The notes beneath the pieces are model-generated. The model worked only from the letters and a program-made list of their open reading frames with translations, had not been told where the DNA came from and made no database searches. Below, in pieces: positions 53,955 through 62,963 of a stretch of 64,000 nt of DNA. The position numbers and the translations under genes are program-made. The stretch spans positions 992,001-1,056,000 of the forward strand of contig CAVTJJ010000004.1 of NCBI GenBank assembly GCA_963735035.1. The letters are read 5' to 3'. Every line of letters starts with the position of its first letter. Position 1 is the first letter of the stretch. Origin of the DNA: an uncultured candidate division Zixibacteria bacterium. Its GTDB lineage: Bacteria; Zixibacteria; MSB-5A5; GN15; FEB-12.

Positions 53955-54422
53955 GTCTTGTAGATCGTTTCGACCTACAAGTCGCTCGTTTTTGTAGGGC
54001 GGGTCCGCTTCGAACCCGCCAGTTTACGTTCTTGGGGCAGACGAGGATCCCCGATCAAGTCGGGGGCAGGCTCTGCCGCCCACGGGGGAAAAACGGGACG
54101 CATGTCCCGTCATCCTGGCGGAAGCCAGGACCCAGTTGTGATCGCAAAGGCACCGTCGTAATACCTATCCACTCCCTTCGACAAGAAAGCTTGAACATTG
54201 GCGTCCGTGCTCTATCCGAGACAACTGGGCCCCGATTTTCATCGGGGTGACGGAGCTAGCGCTCCGTAATATTCCATCCCCCACGGTACCCCACAGCTTG
54301 CTGTGGGTTGGCCTGCTCATGAAAAGTGCCCGGCCCGCCGCCGCGGACCGTCCACTAAGACACAAGCGGTTCTGCCCTACGATTTATTGCTGTGTCAGGC
54401 GTCAAGTCCGCCTGACCTACGA
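53955..54422. repeat. REP cluster after lepA
   Basis: TTGTAGATCG..CGACCTACAA; GTAGGGCGGGTCCGCTTCGAACCCGCC near 53994; CGTC doublet at 54108-54252; GTCAGGCGTCAAGTCCGCCTGACCTAC near 54394-54420. Confidence 0.85.
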
Positions 54423-54542
54423 AACTCTCCCTCTGCATTTTTCTCGCAACCGATCTTGAAATCCTTCGTCTAATTACACTAGCGCAGGCGCTGACCTTCG
54501 AAACAGAAGGTACACATCACGAACAAACCCGGCCCGGCCGGG

Positions 54543-57070
54543 ATGCGGTTGGAGGAAACACGATTGAGGACACCGTCCCCACTCTGTGTACTGGCGTGGC
54601 TGCTGGTACCAAGTCTGGGCACTCCGACCTATGCAGGGGTTAACGACAGTACGAAAGCACCGGAACGGGTCGTTCCGGAAATCCACGCCTACCGTGTGAA
54701 TCCGCACGCGCCGGTGATCGACGGCAATCTCGATGATCCGGTGTGGACTGGTTCGCACTTACAAAAGGTAGGCAACTTCACTCAAACCGATCCCGATGAG
54801 GGCAAGCAGCCCACCGAGTCGACCCTGGTCGCCGTTTCGTACGATGAGAATGCGCTCTACGTCGCGTTCTGGTGCTACGATTCGGAGCCCGACAAGATCG
54901 TGCGTCAACTCGTGCGGCGGGATCGATCGTCACCGTCAGACGCGGTAAGCCTTCGGGTCGACGCTTACCACGACCATCAGACCGGATTCGTATTTACGGT
55001 CCATGCGGCCGGGAACCAGCGTGACCTGCGGGTCTACAACAACACCAACATGGATGAATCCTGGGACGGCGTCTGGAGCTCGGCCGTCCGCGAACAACCG
55101 TGGGGATGGTCGGCTGAAATCGCAATTCCCTACCACTGTCTTCGGTTTCCCGAACAGGCTGAACACACTTGGGGGATAGACTTCATTCGCACCATCGGGC
55201 GCAAGAACGAATGGGAGTCCTGGGCCTTTGTGCCCAGCAAGGTGGGCGGGTTTGCGTCGAACTTCGGCCACCTGACCGGACTTACCGGAATTGTACCGAC
55301 ACGACACCTCGAGGTGATGCCATACGCGGTTTCGAATCTCGAGACCAAGCCGTCGGGTCGTTGGGTCGAAGGGAGTAATGTATTCGGAAATGCCGGAGTT
55401 GATGTCAAATACGGCATCTCCAGCAATCTTACGTTGGACGCCACCATCAATCCCGATTTCGGCCAGGTCGAGCTGGATCAACCGGTTTTGAATCTCTCGA
55501 CTTACGAGACCTGGTTCTCCGAAAAGCGACCGTTCTTTATTGAAGGCTCGGATCTGTTCGCTACTGATTTCACGCTCTTTTATTCTCGACGCATCGGCCG
55601 CTCACCGGTTTTCCGGTGAAGGACCCGTTTCTGTTCAAAGAACTGGAACGCCCACGCGCCTCGACAATCCTCGGTGCCGCCAAGCTGGCGGGGAAATTGG
55701 GAGACCGGACGTCAATTGCGGTTCTTGCAGCAGTCACCGACCGGGAGAAATCAAGATACGTCGATACCGTAGTTCATTACGAACAAGACAGCACCGGCCA
55801 ACTTGTCCCACGCGACACTACTTTCTCCTTCCATACCGGAGTGGTCGAGCCGCAGGCGGGGTACACGGTCGTGCGGGTCAAGCAGGACTTCCTCGCTCGT
55901 TCGTCGGCAGGTCTTATGCTGACGGTCGCAAGTCAGGATACCCGCTATCCAGCCGTGACCGGTGGGGGAGACTGGCGGCTCTACACGAACGATGGCAAAT
56001 GGTACGTGTCCGGTCAGTCGATATTCAGCCGGGTAGATCCGAATCACACCGGTTTCGGCTTGATGATGAGTGCCGGAAAGGATGCCGGCGAACATGTACT
56101 CGCTCAAGTCAGCCTGACTATCGAAGATCCGTACCTGAATATCAACCGGCTCGGTTACATCTCGCGCAACAATCGCCGTAGTTTCGGGTCGTGGGTGCAG
56201 TATCGTACCACCGACGATTGGTGGATTATCCGGAACTCATACAACAATTTCAACTTCTGGTACGAAAAGAACTACGAGGGAGTTGAAATCAGCAAGGGGG
56301 GAAACTGGAACCTCAATCTGGACTTCACCAACAACTGGTATCTAGGATGCGGAGCGAGCATTCAGGCGGAGAAGTACAACGACCTCGAAACCCGCGGGCA
56401 TGGTATTTGGCAGTGGCCGATTGCGCCAACTTACAGTTGGTGGTTCAACCTGAGCACTGATCCGCGCCGCATGTTTTCTTTCACACTCAACCCCGGTTCC
56501 GGTGGCGATCGCGGCGGTCTTTGGTGGGCGAATTATATCGGGGTCAATTTCCGTCCCCGATCCAACATGGAATTTTCGCTCGGCACGAACTATACCCGCA
56601 ATTTTCACGTCACCCGGTGGGTTGATAATCCCACCAACTCCACGACCGTTTTTGCTGACCTGGATCGCGACGAGATCAGCCTGAGTGCGAGCGCCGGCAT
56701 CATGTTCAGCCGCAATTTCTCCTGCCAGCTTTCGGCCGAGGGACTCCTTTCGGGGCTGGACTATCGAAACTATCGACCCTATCTCGGCGGCAACGAGTAC
56801 GGACCGCCGGGGTCATGGCCTGAGGGAACCTATTCGGGAGTGGGAAACAACCCCAACTTCGATTCCAACCTGGGGGCTCTCAACTCAACCTTACTGCTGC
56901 GGTGGGAATACCGACCGGGAAGTACTATCTATTTGGTTTGGACCAGGTCCAAGTCGGATTTCGATTCCAGGCGGAACCACCTGGATGTGAAGAAAGATAT
57001 GGAGCGATTCTTCTCCGCCGGGTCGGAGAACCTGTTTCTGGTCAAGGCCAGCTACTGGATGAATATCTGA
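54543..57070 (+). CDS. CBM9-like plus DUF5916 outer-membrane protein (split near 55615, probably a sequencing indel)
   Basis: PVIDGNLDDPVW...YDENALYVA, WSAEIAIP, DATINPDFGQVELD, FSEKRPFFIEG, FYSRRIGR; C-terminal LRWEYRPGS..FLVKASYW. Confidence 0.85.
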
Positions 57071-57091
57071 CCTCGAAAGGTAGGCTTTGAA

Positions 57092-57360
57092 TACCCCGGC
57101 AGATGTTGACATCTGCCGGGCACGTGAATATTTTAGGATTCGGCGTCCCACCTTCATCGCCCTTTCGACCTGCTGCCCTCGGGCGGCAGGTCGTTTGATA
57201 TATAGCCGTGCCGTTGGGCGTCTCAATCTTTGTAGGGCGGGACCGCTTCGATTCCGCCAAGCAAAACGGCGGAAGCCGCCGTGGCAGGTTCGAAGACGGA
57301 CCTGCCCTACAGGTGTGGACATGCTGGTGGACGAGGACGACCACCAGCCACGGAATCCGT
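57092..57360. repeat. REP cluster before lepB
   Basis: CGGCAGATGTTGACATCTGCCGGGCAC at 57097-57123; inverted GTAGGGCGGG(A)CCGCTTCG pair near 57231-57311. Confidence 0.8.
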
Positions 57361-57474
57361 TGCGCCCGCGGCCCTCTTTCCAGTTGCGTATCTCCCTAAA
57401 ACATAGCAACTTAGCTGTAGCAAACCACCTTCGCCGTTAAGAAACGACGAGGGGAAACCGATAATCTTTAGAGT

Positions 57475-58200
57475 ATGGATCAAGACTTCCTTATCCAGGA
57501 GATAACGCAGGCCGAGACCCAGAAACAGGCCCGCAAGGTTCTTCACAAGCAGGAACACAAACCGCTTTGGAGAGAATACCTTGAAACAGCCACCCTCGCG
57601 CTCGTGGCGGCAGTGCTGTTGCGCCTGTTTGTGGTCTCAGCTTATCGCGTCAATTCCGCGTCGATGGAAGACACACTGCTTGACGGCGATTACATTTTCG
57701 TCAACAAGCTCGCCTACGAATTCGGCACCGAACCACAGCTCGGAGATATCATCGTCTTCGAGTACCCCAACAACCCGGAGAAGAAGTACATCAAGCGTAT
57801 CATCGCCGGGCCGGGGTCGCAGGTTCAGATAGCCGACAAGGTGGTGTTTGTCGACGGCAAAGTGGCCGCCATACCGGACCTGTCCAAGCACATCGACCAG
57901 CGGGTTATTCCCGGTGACCTGTCTTTCCGCGACAATTTCGGACCCTACACGGTGCCCGACGGCAACTATTTCGTCATGGGCGACAATCGCGATGACTCTC
58001 GCGACAGCCGTTTCTGGGGTTCGGTTCCTCGGGCCAATATCCGGGGCAAAGCGGTCTTCATCTACTGGTCGTGGGAACCGGACGCCAATCCTCCCGGATG
58101 GAGCTTTCCATACGTACACCATGTCGTCCAGTGGGTAGGGCATTTCCTGTATAATTTCCCGACCCATATTCGCTGGGACCGACTCGGTGTCTCGATCTGA
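57475..58200 (+). CDS. lepB: Signal peptidase I
   Basis: SASMEDTL..GD, YIKRII, YFVMGDNRDDSRDSRFWG. Confidence 0.95.
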   Translation: MDQDFLIQEITQAETQKQARKVLHKQEHKPLWREYLETATLALVAAVLLRLFVVSAYRVNSASMEDTLLDGDYIFVNKLAYEFGTEPQLGDIIVFEYPNNPEKKYIKRIIAGPGSQVQIADKVVFVDGKVAAIPDLSKHIDQRVIPGDLSFRDNFGPYTVPDGNYFVMGDNRDDSRDSRFWGSVPRANIRGKAVFIYWSWEPDANPPGWSFPYVHHVVQWVGHFLYNFPTHIRWDRLGVSI

Positions 58201-58203
58201 CGC

Positions 58204-59601
58204 ATGCCGCTCGGACTCTATCTCCATTTTCCCTTCTGTCGCCACAAGTGCGCCTATTGTGATTTCTACAAGGAGCACTTCGACGTCTCTCTTGAAGCTC
58301 GCTTCTACGATGCCCTTCGCATCGAAACCGACTTAGCGGCAGAATCACTTCGTGACCACGACTCTCGTATTGCCACGCTCTATATAGGCGGCGGGACGCC
58401 GTCGCTGACGTCGACCGAGCGCTTTCGCATCTGGCTGGAGCAGGTGTGGAAGTTGTTCGGACGCGAAAGTCGGATCGAATTCTCGTTTGAGATCAATCCA
58501 GAGTCATGTAGCCGCGAGTTGCTACAATCACTGTTAGAACTGGGTGTGAATCGTCCGGTCTTCGGGATACAGTCGTTCGACCGCAAACTGCTCAATTTGC
58601 TCTCGCGCAGACACGAACTCCGTCAGGTGCATGAGGCGGTCTATCTGGCGAATGCGCTCGGCTTTGATAGTTTCGGATGTGATTTGCTATATGCGATGCC
58701 GGGGCAGACGGGGAAGATGCTGTCATCGGACCTGGACCAGTTGACCGATCTCAATCCGCCGCATATTTCGTTCTATCAACTGACGGTCGAAGAGGGGACC
58801 GAGCTGGACCGGATGGTCGAGCGGGGGACGGTGACACTGCCGGATCAGGATTTCGCGCAGGCGCTCTATTCGGCCGGGTATGAACATTTCAAAGACCACG
58901 GCTATGAGCGCTACGAAGTTTGCTCGTTTGCAAAAACAACCAACGCCCGAGTGGCCCACCCAAATGACAACGTGCCCGGCAGATGCCCACATCTGCCGAC
59001 GCAAAAGGATGAAAACAAGGTTGCGTCAGTTCCTGCGACCCGCCGCGGGTCGTGTGAACTGACGCCTTTGGATTTGCCTCGCTCAAGGCGTCAGGTCACA
59101 ACCCCGACTTCGTCGGGGTCAGGACCCCCGATCAAGTCGGGGGCAGGCTCTGACGCAACAATTCCATCCAGCCTCGTGAGTGGATATGCCCTTCCCGCGC
59201 ACGCCTGCCGCCATAACATGAACTACTGGACCGGCGGGGAGTATCTCGGTCTCGGCCCGGCAGCGCATTCGTTTCTGGACGGCCGTCGCTTCTCCAATGC
59301 GGCTAACCTGTACGAGTATCTTGATGCTCTGGAGAAGAGACAACGTCCCACAATCGAAGACCGCTCCGGCGAGAAAGAGCGAATCTTCGAAACTATCATG
59401 CTCGGCCTGCGGACGACACAGGGGATCGACCGGGTGTCGTTCGAGCGACGGTTCCATCGTCCGTTGTCCGACGCGATTGATCCTCGTCAATACGAACTTC
59501 TGTTGAACTCCGGCCACTTAGTTGACGTCGGCGATTTCCTTCGCCTCTCCGACGAAGCACTTATTCTGGCCGACGAAATCACGCAACGATTGTCCAGGTA
59601 G
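58204..59601 (+). CDS. hemW: Radical SAM heme chaperone HemW with an in-frame repeat-derived insertion
   Basis: LYLHFPFCRHKCAYCDF, IGGGTPS, GIQSF, HISFYQL, YEVCSFAK[insert]CRHNMNYW, YLGLGPAAHS. Confidence 0.93.
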   Translation: MPLGLYLHFPFCRHKCAYCDFYKEHFDVSLEARFYDALRIETDLAAESLRDHDSRIATLYIGGGTPSLTSTERFRIWLEQVWKLFGRESRIEFSFEINPESCSRELLQSLLELGVNRPVFGIQSFDRKLLNLLSRRHELRQVHEAVYLANALGFDSFGCDLLYAMPGQTGKMLSSDLDQLTDLNPPHISFYQLTVEEGTELDRMVERGTVTLPDQDFAQALYSAGYEHFKDHGYERYEVCSFAKTTNARVAHPNDNVPGRCPHLPTQKDENKVASVPATRRGSCELTPLDLPRSRRQVTTPTSSGSGPPIKSGAGSDATIPSSLVSGYALPAHACRHNMNYWTGGEYLGLGPAAHSFLDGRRFSNAANLYEYLDALEKRQRPTIEDRSGEKERIFETIMLGLRTTQGIDRVSFERRFHRPLSDAIDPRQYELLLNSGHLVDVGDFLRLSDEALILADEITQRLSR

Positions 59602-59716
59602 GTCAGGCCTACTTGGGGCCTGACAGAGAGTGATCGGAATGTCAGGCGTCGAGTCCGCCTGACCTACGAATCACACGGAGCGCCAGCTCCGTCACCCCGA
59701 TGAAAATCGGGGCCCA
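59598..59716. repeat. GTAG REP doublet plus CGTC half element; direct repeat of 60677-60775
   Basis: GTAGGTCAGGCCTACT.GGGGCCTGAC...GTCAGGCGTC.AGTCCGCCTGACCTAC..ACGGAGCGC.AGCTCCGTCACCCC in both places; the GTAG overlaps the hemW stop. Confidence 0.9.
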
Positions 59717-59742
59717 GCGTGGGCGTTGGGGCCTGTACCCGG

Positions 59743-60510
59743 CTAACGTCTCCCCACACGCGCGAATTCTTCGCGCTGCTGTTCGGAAACCCATTGAGCT
59801 ACTTCCACGGATCGAGCCAAGTCGACCACCCGCAGGCACACCAGGAGCCCCCATGCCGTCTCGTTGACCACTTTCCCCCGGCCGACGTTAGTTCGTCCTA
59901 CTACCTGTGTGGGCAGACACGGGTAGAACCCTTTGGCGAGGGCGGTAGGCTCGACCGCCGCGCCAAACTGAGTGGCAACGAGCTTCAAGAAGTCCCTGGC
60001 TCGATCTCGGTCGCGGCTTCGGAATTGCATCGTGACAAGGTCGGCCGGAAGACTTTTCGGTTCTTCCATCTTCAGAAGGCTCGACGTATCCACGTAGGTA
60101 CATATCCCGGAAATCAGATCCATTTTGAACACGGCCGTATCGGTTCTGAGAATCACCCGGAGGGTAAACGGCTTCTGTGGAAACCATATCTTGTCTGTCG
60201 GGCCGAATCGATTACGGGCCCGGAGCTTCAGGACAACCTCCGAGTCGGACTCGTTATGTTCGAAATCAACCATCGTATACTGACTCATGATCTCGAACCA
60301 GTAATTGCCGCTGGTGAGAGTGGGAACGTTGGGAGAGTCGCACACCTTGTAGAATATGAACGTGAACGGTTTGAGAGGGGTCGGTTTCGGCAACGGTCTC
60401 GCGTTGTCGGTCGGCGGCGGGGTGTCTTTGTCCACGTCCCAGCGTCCCTGGGCGTGCGATGTCGACATAAGGATGAGGAGGGCCGGTACGATGACAGCAA
60501 TTGGTCTCAA
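59743..60510 (-). CDS. Hypothetical secreted protein
   Basis: Signal-peptide-like MRPIAVIVPALLILMSTSHAQ; GGAGA RBS; no recognised domain. Confidence 0.5.
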   Translation of the reverse strand: MRPIAVIVPALLILMSTSHAQGRWDVDKDTPPPTDNARPLPKPTPLKPFTFIFYKVCDSPNVPTLTSGNYWFEIMSQYTMVDFEHNESDSEVVLKLRARNRFGPTDKIWFPQKPFTLRVILRTDTAVFKMDLISGICTYVDTSSLLKMEEPKSLPADLVTMQFRSRDRDRARDFLKLVATQFGAAVEPTALAKGFYPCLPTQVVGRTNVGRGKVVNETAWGLLVCLRVVDLARSVEVAQWVSEQQREEFARVGRR

Positions 60511-60676
60511 GTTGTCTCCGCGGAGCAGTGTCGCCGGTTTATCAATCTGATAGAGTAACGTCTGAGATTCGATTCTGTCCAGCCAAATTTGGTGGCGGGA
60601 TTATTGTGCTGGTCGGCAGGTTTCCGCCCCTGCCGCTTTGATGCCTTTCTGCGGCTTGACCGGGCACCCAAGGGTT

Positions 60677-60900
60677 GTAGGTCAGGCCTACTCGGGGCCT
60701 GACAAAGAGCGATCAGAATGTCAGGCGTCAAGTCCGCCTGACCTACGAATTACGGAGCGCAAGCTCCGTCACCCCCGAGACGTCGGGGATCTATGGGGTA
60801 ATCAAGTCCGATAGACCTAGGTCGTTACGCTTGGGGCCTGGCGGTCGCGAGTGGTCATGGATTCCCGACTGAATCGGGAATGACAGGACTGGCGTCCCGT
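60677..60900. repeat. REP cluster: left part repeats 59598-59698, right part repeats 62662-62810
   Basis: 119-bp CGTC doublet at 60767-60885 is near-identical to 62677-62795. Confidence 0.9.
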
Positions 60901-60949
60901 ATCAAACTCCACCGGCAAGCGGGCGGGCCACCTGACGCTTGATCTACGA

Positions 60950-60978
60950 TTGACTTCACGAAAAGATCACATTATGTT
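60950..60978 (+). promoter_or_regulatory. Putative sigma70 promoter TTGACT-N17-TATGTT
   Basis: Near-consensus, upstream of the ORF at 61053. Confidence 0.5.
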
Positions 60979-61052
60979 ATCTAATAATGGCATTATTCGA
61001 GGCCAAGATTCCGATCAGACTCTGTTGGTGTAGTCATTGTGGGAGTTGAGCC

Positions 61053-62483
61053 ATGCGTAGACTTCGGTGCTCACTAGTTATCAGTTCGTTGCTCTGGGCC
61101 ATCTGCATTACTAATAGCAGCGGCGCTTTGTCGTTGGACAGTCTTAAGAGTGCAGTTGCGCCGATTCTATCTACGTTCCGCGCCTACAGTGGGAGTGGCA
61201 GTCCCATGAGACTGGCAAGCGGAGTTCTGGTCGGCAACGATATGATTATGATCCCTGAGGACATGTACGACTGTGAATCGATGGACATGGAGGTCGCCGG
61301 TGATAAGTACGACCAGGTGTCGGACCTATTCGTCGCGGCAAGGAGGGGATTCGCAGTTGTCTCGATAGATCATGATTTTCCCGCGACTATTCGTTACGAT
61401 ACGGCGTTTCGCTGGGCAGCTGGTGACACGGTATACCTGGTTGCGAGGGATAGTGTCAATATCGGTTTGTATCCTGCTGCAATTCGCAGGTACGGGAATT
61501 TCGGGGAACCACCGTTTGCTGACACCAAGTACATGAGAACGAACCTGGATGAATTCGAGCTGCCCAATGATTTTGACTTCATGTTCAATCCTATAATGGC
61601 TGGCGACGGCAGAGTTGTCGGTGTATGTATTTCTCCTTATAGGGTCGACAGTACCATAGTCTTCGTCTCGGCTTCAGAAATCGTCAAGTTTTCGGCCGAC
61701 CGCTATCGTCCTATGCTTAAGCCGAGGGCAGGATCCTTCAATTGGTGGACGTCCGCGCTTGCACTGGCTACCAATCTCAGTTACAGGGCGATGATGACAG
61801 CGGATATCTGGTTTGTGCCATTAGTGGTTTTAGTCAGCTTGATTGTAGCGGCCTTTGGCCTCGCTTCGAATTATAGAACAGAAAGAAGAATGGCCACAGG
61901 GGCTGCATCTGAGGGGTCAACAGGTCGCTTCCAAGGCAGAAGAGCACGGATAGGCATCTGGCTGCTAATGGCTGTATTAGTCTCGATTGGGATTCTCTCC
62001 TTCCGGTCAAATAGTAGAAGAGCCGAGCTCAAAATATCCGAGTCGGCCAGAGAACTGGCAGGACCGCTGCCAACAGAGGAGCAATGGAAGATGGCTCTTA
62101 ATCAATTCTTAGAGGCTGAAAGTCGTACCGGTCTCTTCATGCTGTTGACCGGTGACGAATGTGCTCTCAAGTATGACGTCGTCAAGACCAACGGACGTTG
62201 GTTCTTCTGCATAATCAGCAAGCGAAAAGACACCCGGGCGGTCTCTGTAGCTTGTGTAGGGAAACTTGAAGGCGATGAAATCTACTCTGTTTGGTTGCGG
62301 ACCAAGAACAACCGTCTTCAAGGGGAAGCCCTTCAAAGCTACCTTCGCCTATCTGAACGTGATTCGCTCTGGTCGATGTACGGAAAGAGAGGATTCTGGG
62401 AAGAAGAGAGCGCGCTAGAGGCGATGTATGAGGAGTGCGAGAAGAATGGTGCAATGATCTCTATACTCAGCTTGCACCCATAG
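61053..62483 (+). CDS. Hypothetical membrane protein; N-terminal exported domain loosely trypsin-fold-like, without clear catalytic motifs
   Basis: Signal peptide; ASGVLV...P...DGRVVGV; two TM helices. Confidence 0.6.
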   Translation: MRRLRCSLVISSLLWAICITNSSGALSLDSLKSAVAPILSTFRAYSGSGSPMRLASGVLVGNDMIMIPEDMYDCESMDMEVAGDKYDQVSDLFVAARRGFAVVSIDHDFPATIRYDTAFRWAAGDTVYLVARDSVNIGLYPAAIRRYGNFGEPPFADTKYMRTNLDEFELPNDFDFMFNPIMAGDGRVVGVCISPYRVDSTIVFVSASEIVKFSADRYRPMLKPRAGSFNWWTSALALATNLSYRAMMTADIWFVPLVVLVSLIVAAFGLASNYRTERRMATGAASEGSTGRFQGRRARIGIWLLMAVLVSIGILSFRSNSRRAELKISESARELAGPLPTEEQWKMALNQFLEAESRTGLFMLLTGDECALKYDVVKTNGRWFFCIISKRKDTRAVSVACVGKLEGDEIYSVWLRTKNNRLQGEALQSYLRLSERDSLWSMYGKRGFWEEESALEAMYEECEKNGAMISILSLHP

Positions 62484-62565
62484 TTGAGCATTCGAGAGTC
62501 AAATCGCCCCCCCCCCCGCACTAAGTGATTGCCCCACCTTAACCAATCAACCCTATATTCCCGGC

Positions 62566-62673
62566 ATGGATTTCTTCGAAGAGGAGCAACCCGAACATAA
62601 GCGCGCGTCGGTCGCGCCACTCGCCGGCCGGTGGCCCACCCTTCGGGTGGGATTGCATACGACGGAGCGCTAG
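62566..62673 (+). pseudogene. Possible 5' stub of rarA/mgsA truncated by repeats
   Basis: MDFFEEEQPEHKRASVAPLAGR resembles the RarA start MDLF...APLADRMRP; TTGCCC..TATATT promoter-like sequence upstream. Confidence 0.4.
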
Positions 62674-62907
62674 CTCCGTCACCCCCGAGACGTCGGGGGT
62701 CTATGGGGTAATCAAGTCCGATAGACTTAGATCGTTACGCTTGGGGATTGTCGGTCGCGAGTGGTCATGGATCCCCGACCAAGTCGGGGATGACGGGATT
62801 GGCGGCCCGGTTCAATTGAGAGCGGTCTCTTTCTGCGTCATGCTGAGCCTGTCGAAGCATGACGGCGGACGAACCTAAGCCACACTTCGACAAGCTCAGT
62901 GTGACTT
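62630..62907. repeat. REP cluster
   Basis: CGTC doublet at 62677-62795; CGTCATGCTGAGCCTGTCGAAGCATGACG...CTTCGACAAGCTCAGTGTGAC near 62836-62906. Confidence 0.85.
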
Positions 62908-62963
62908 GTGGGGTACCGGGTTCTACTTGCGTGCAGCCCTGTCATTTAGTAGCTTCTTCCATC

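Noticed and set aside
58936..59193. Intein or group I/II intron in hemW
   Set aside because: It lacks intein C/S-start and HN-end motifs and recognisable intron termini, is short, and is composed of the local REP families.
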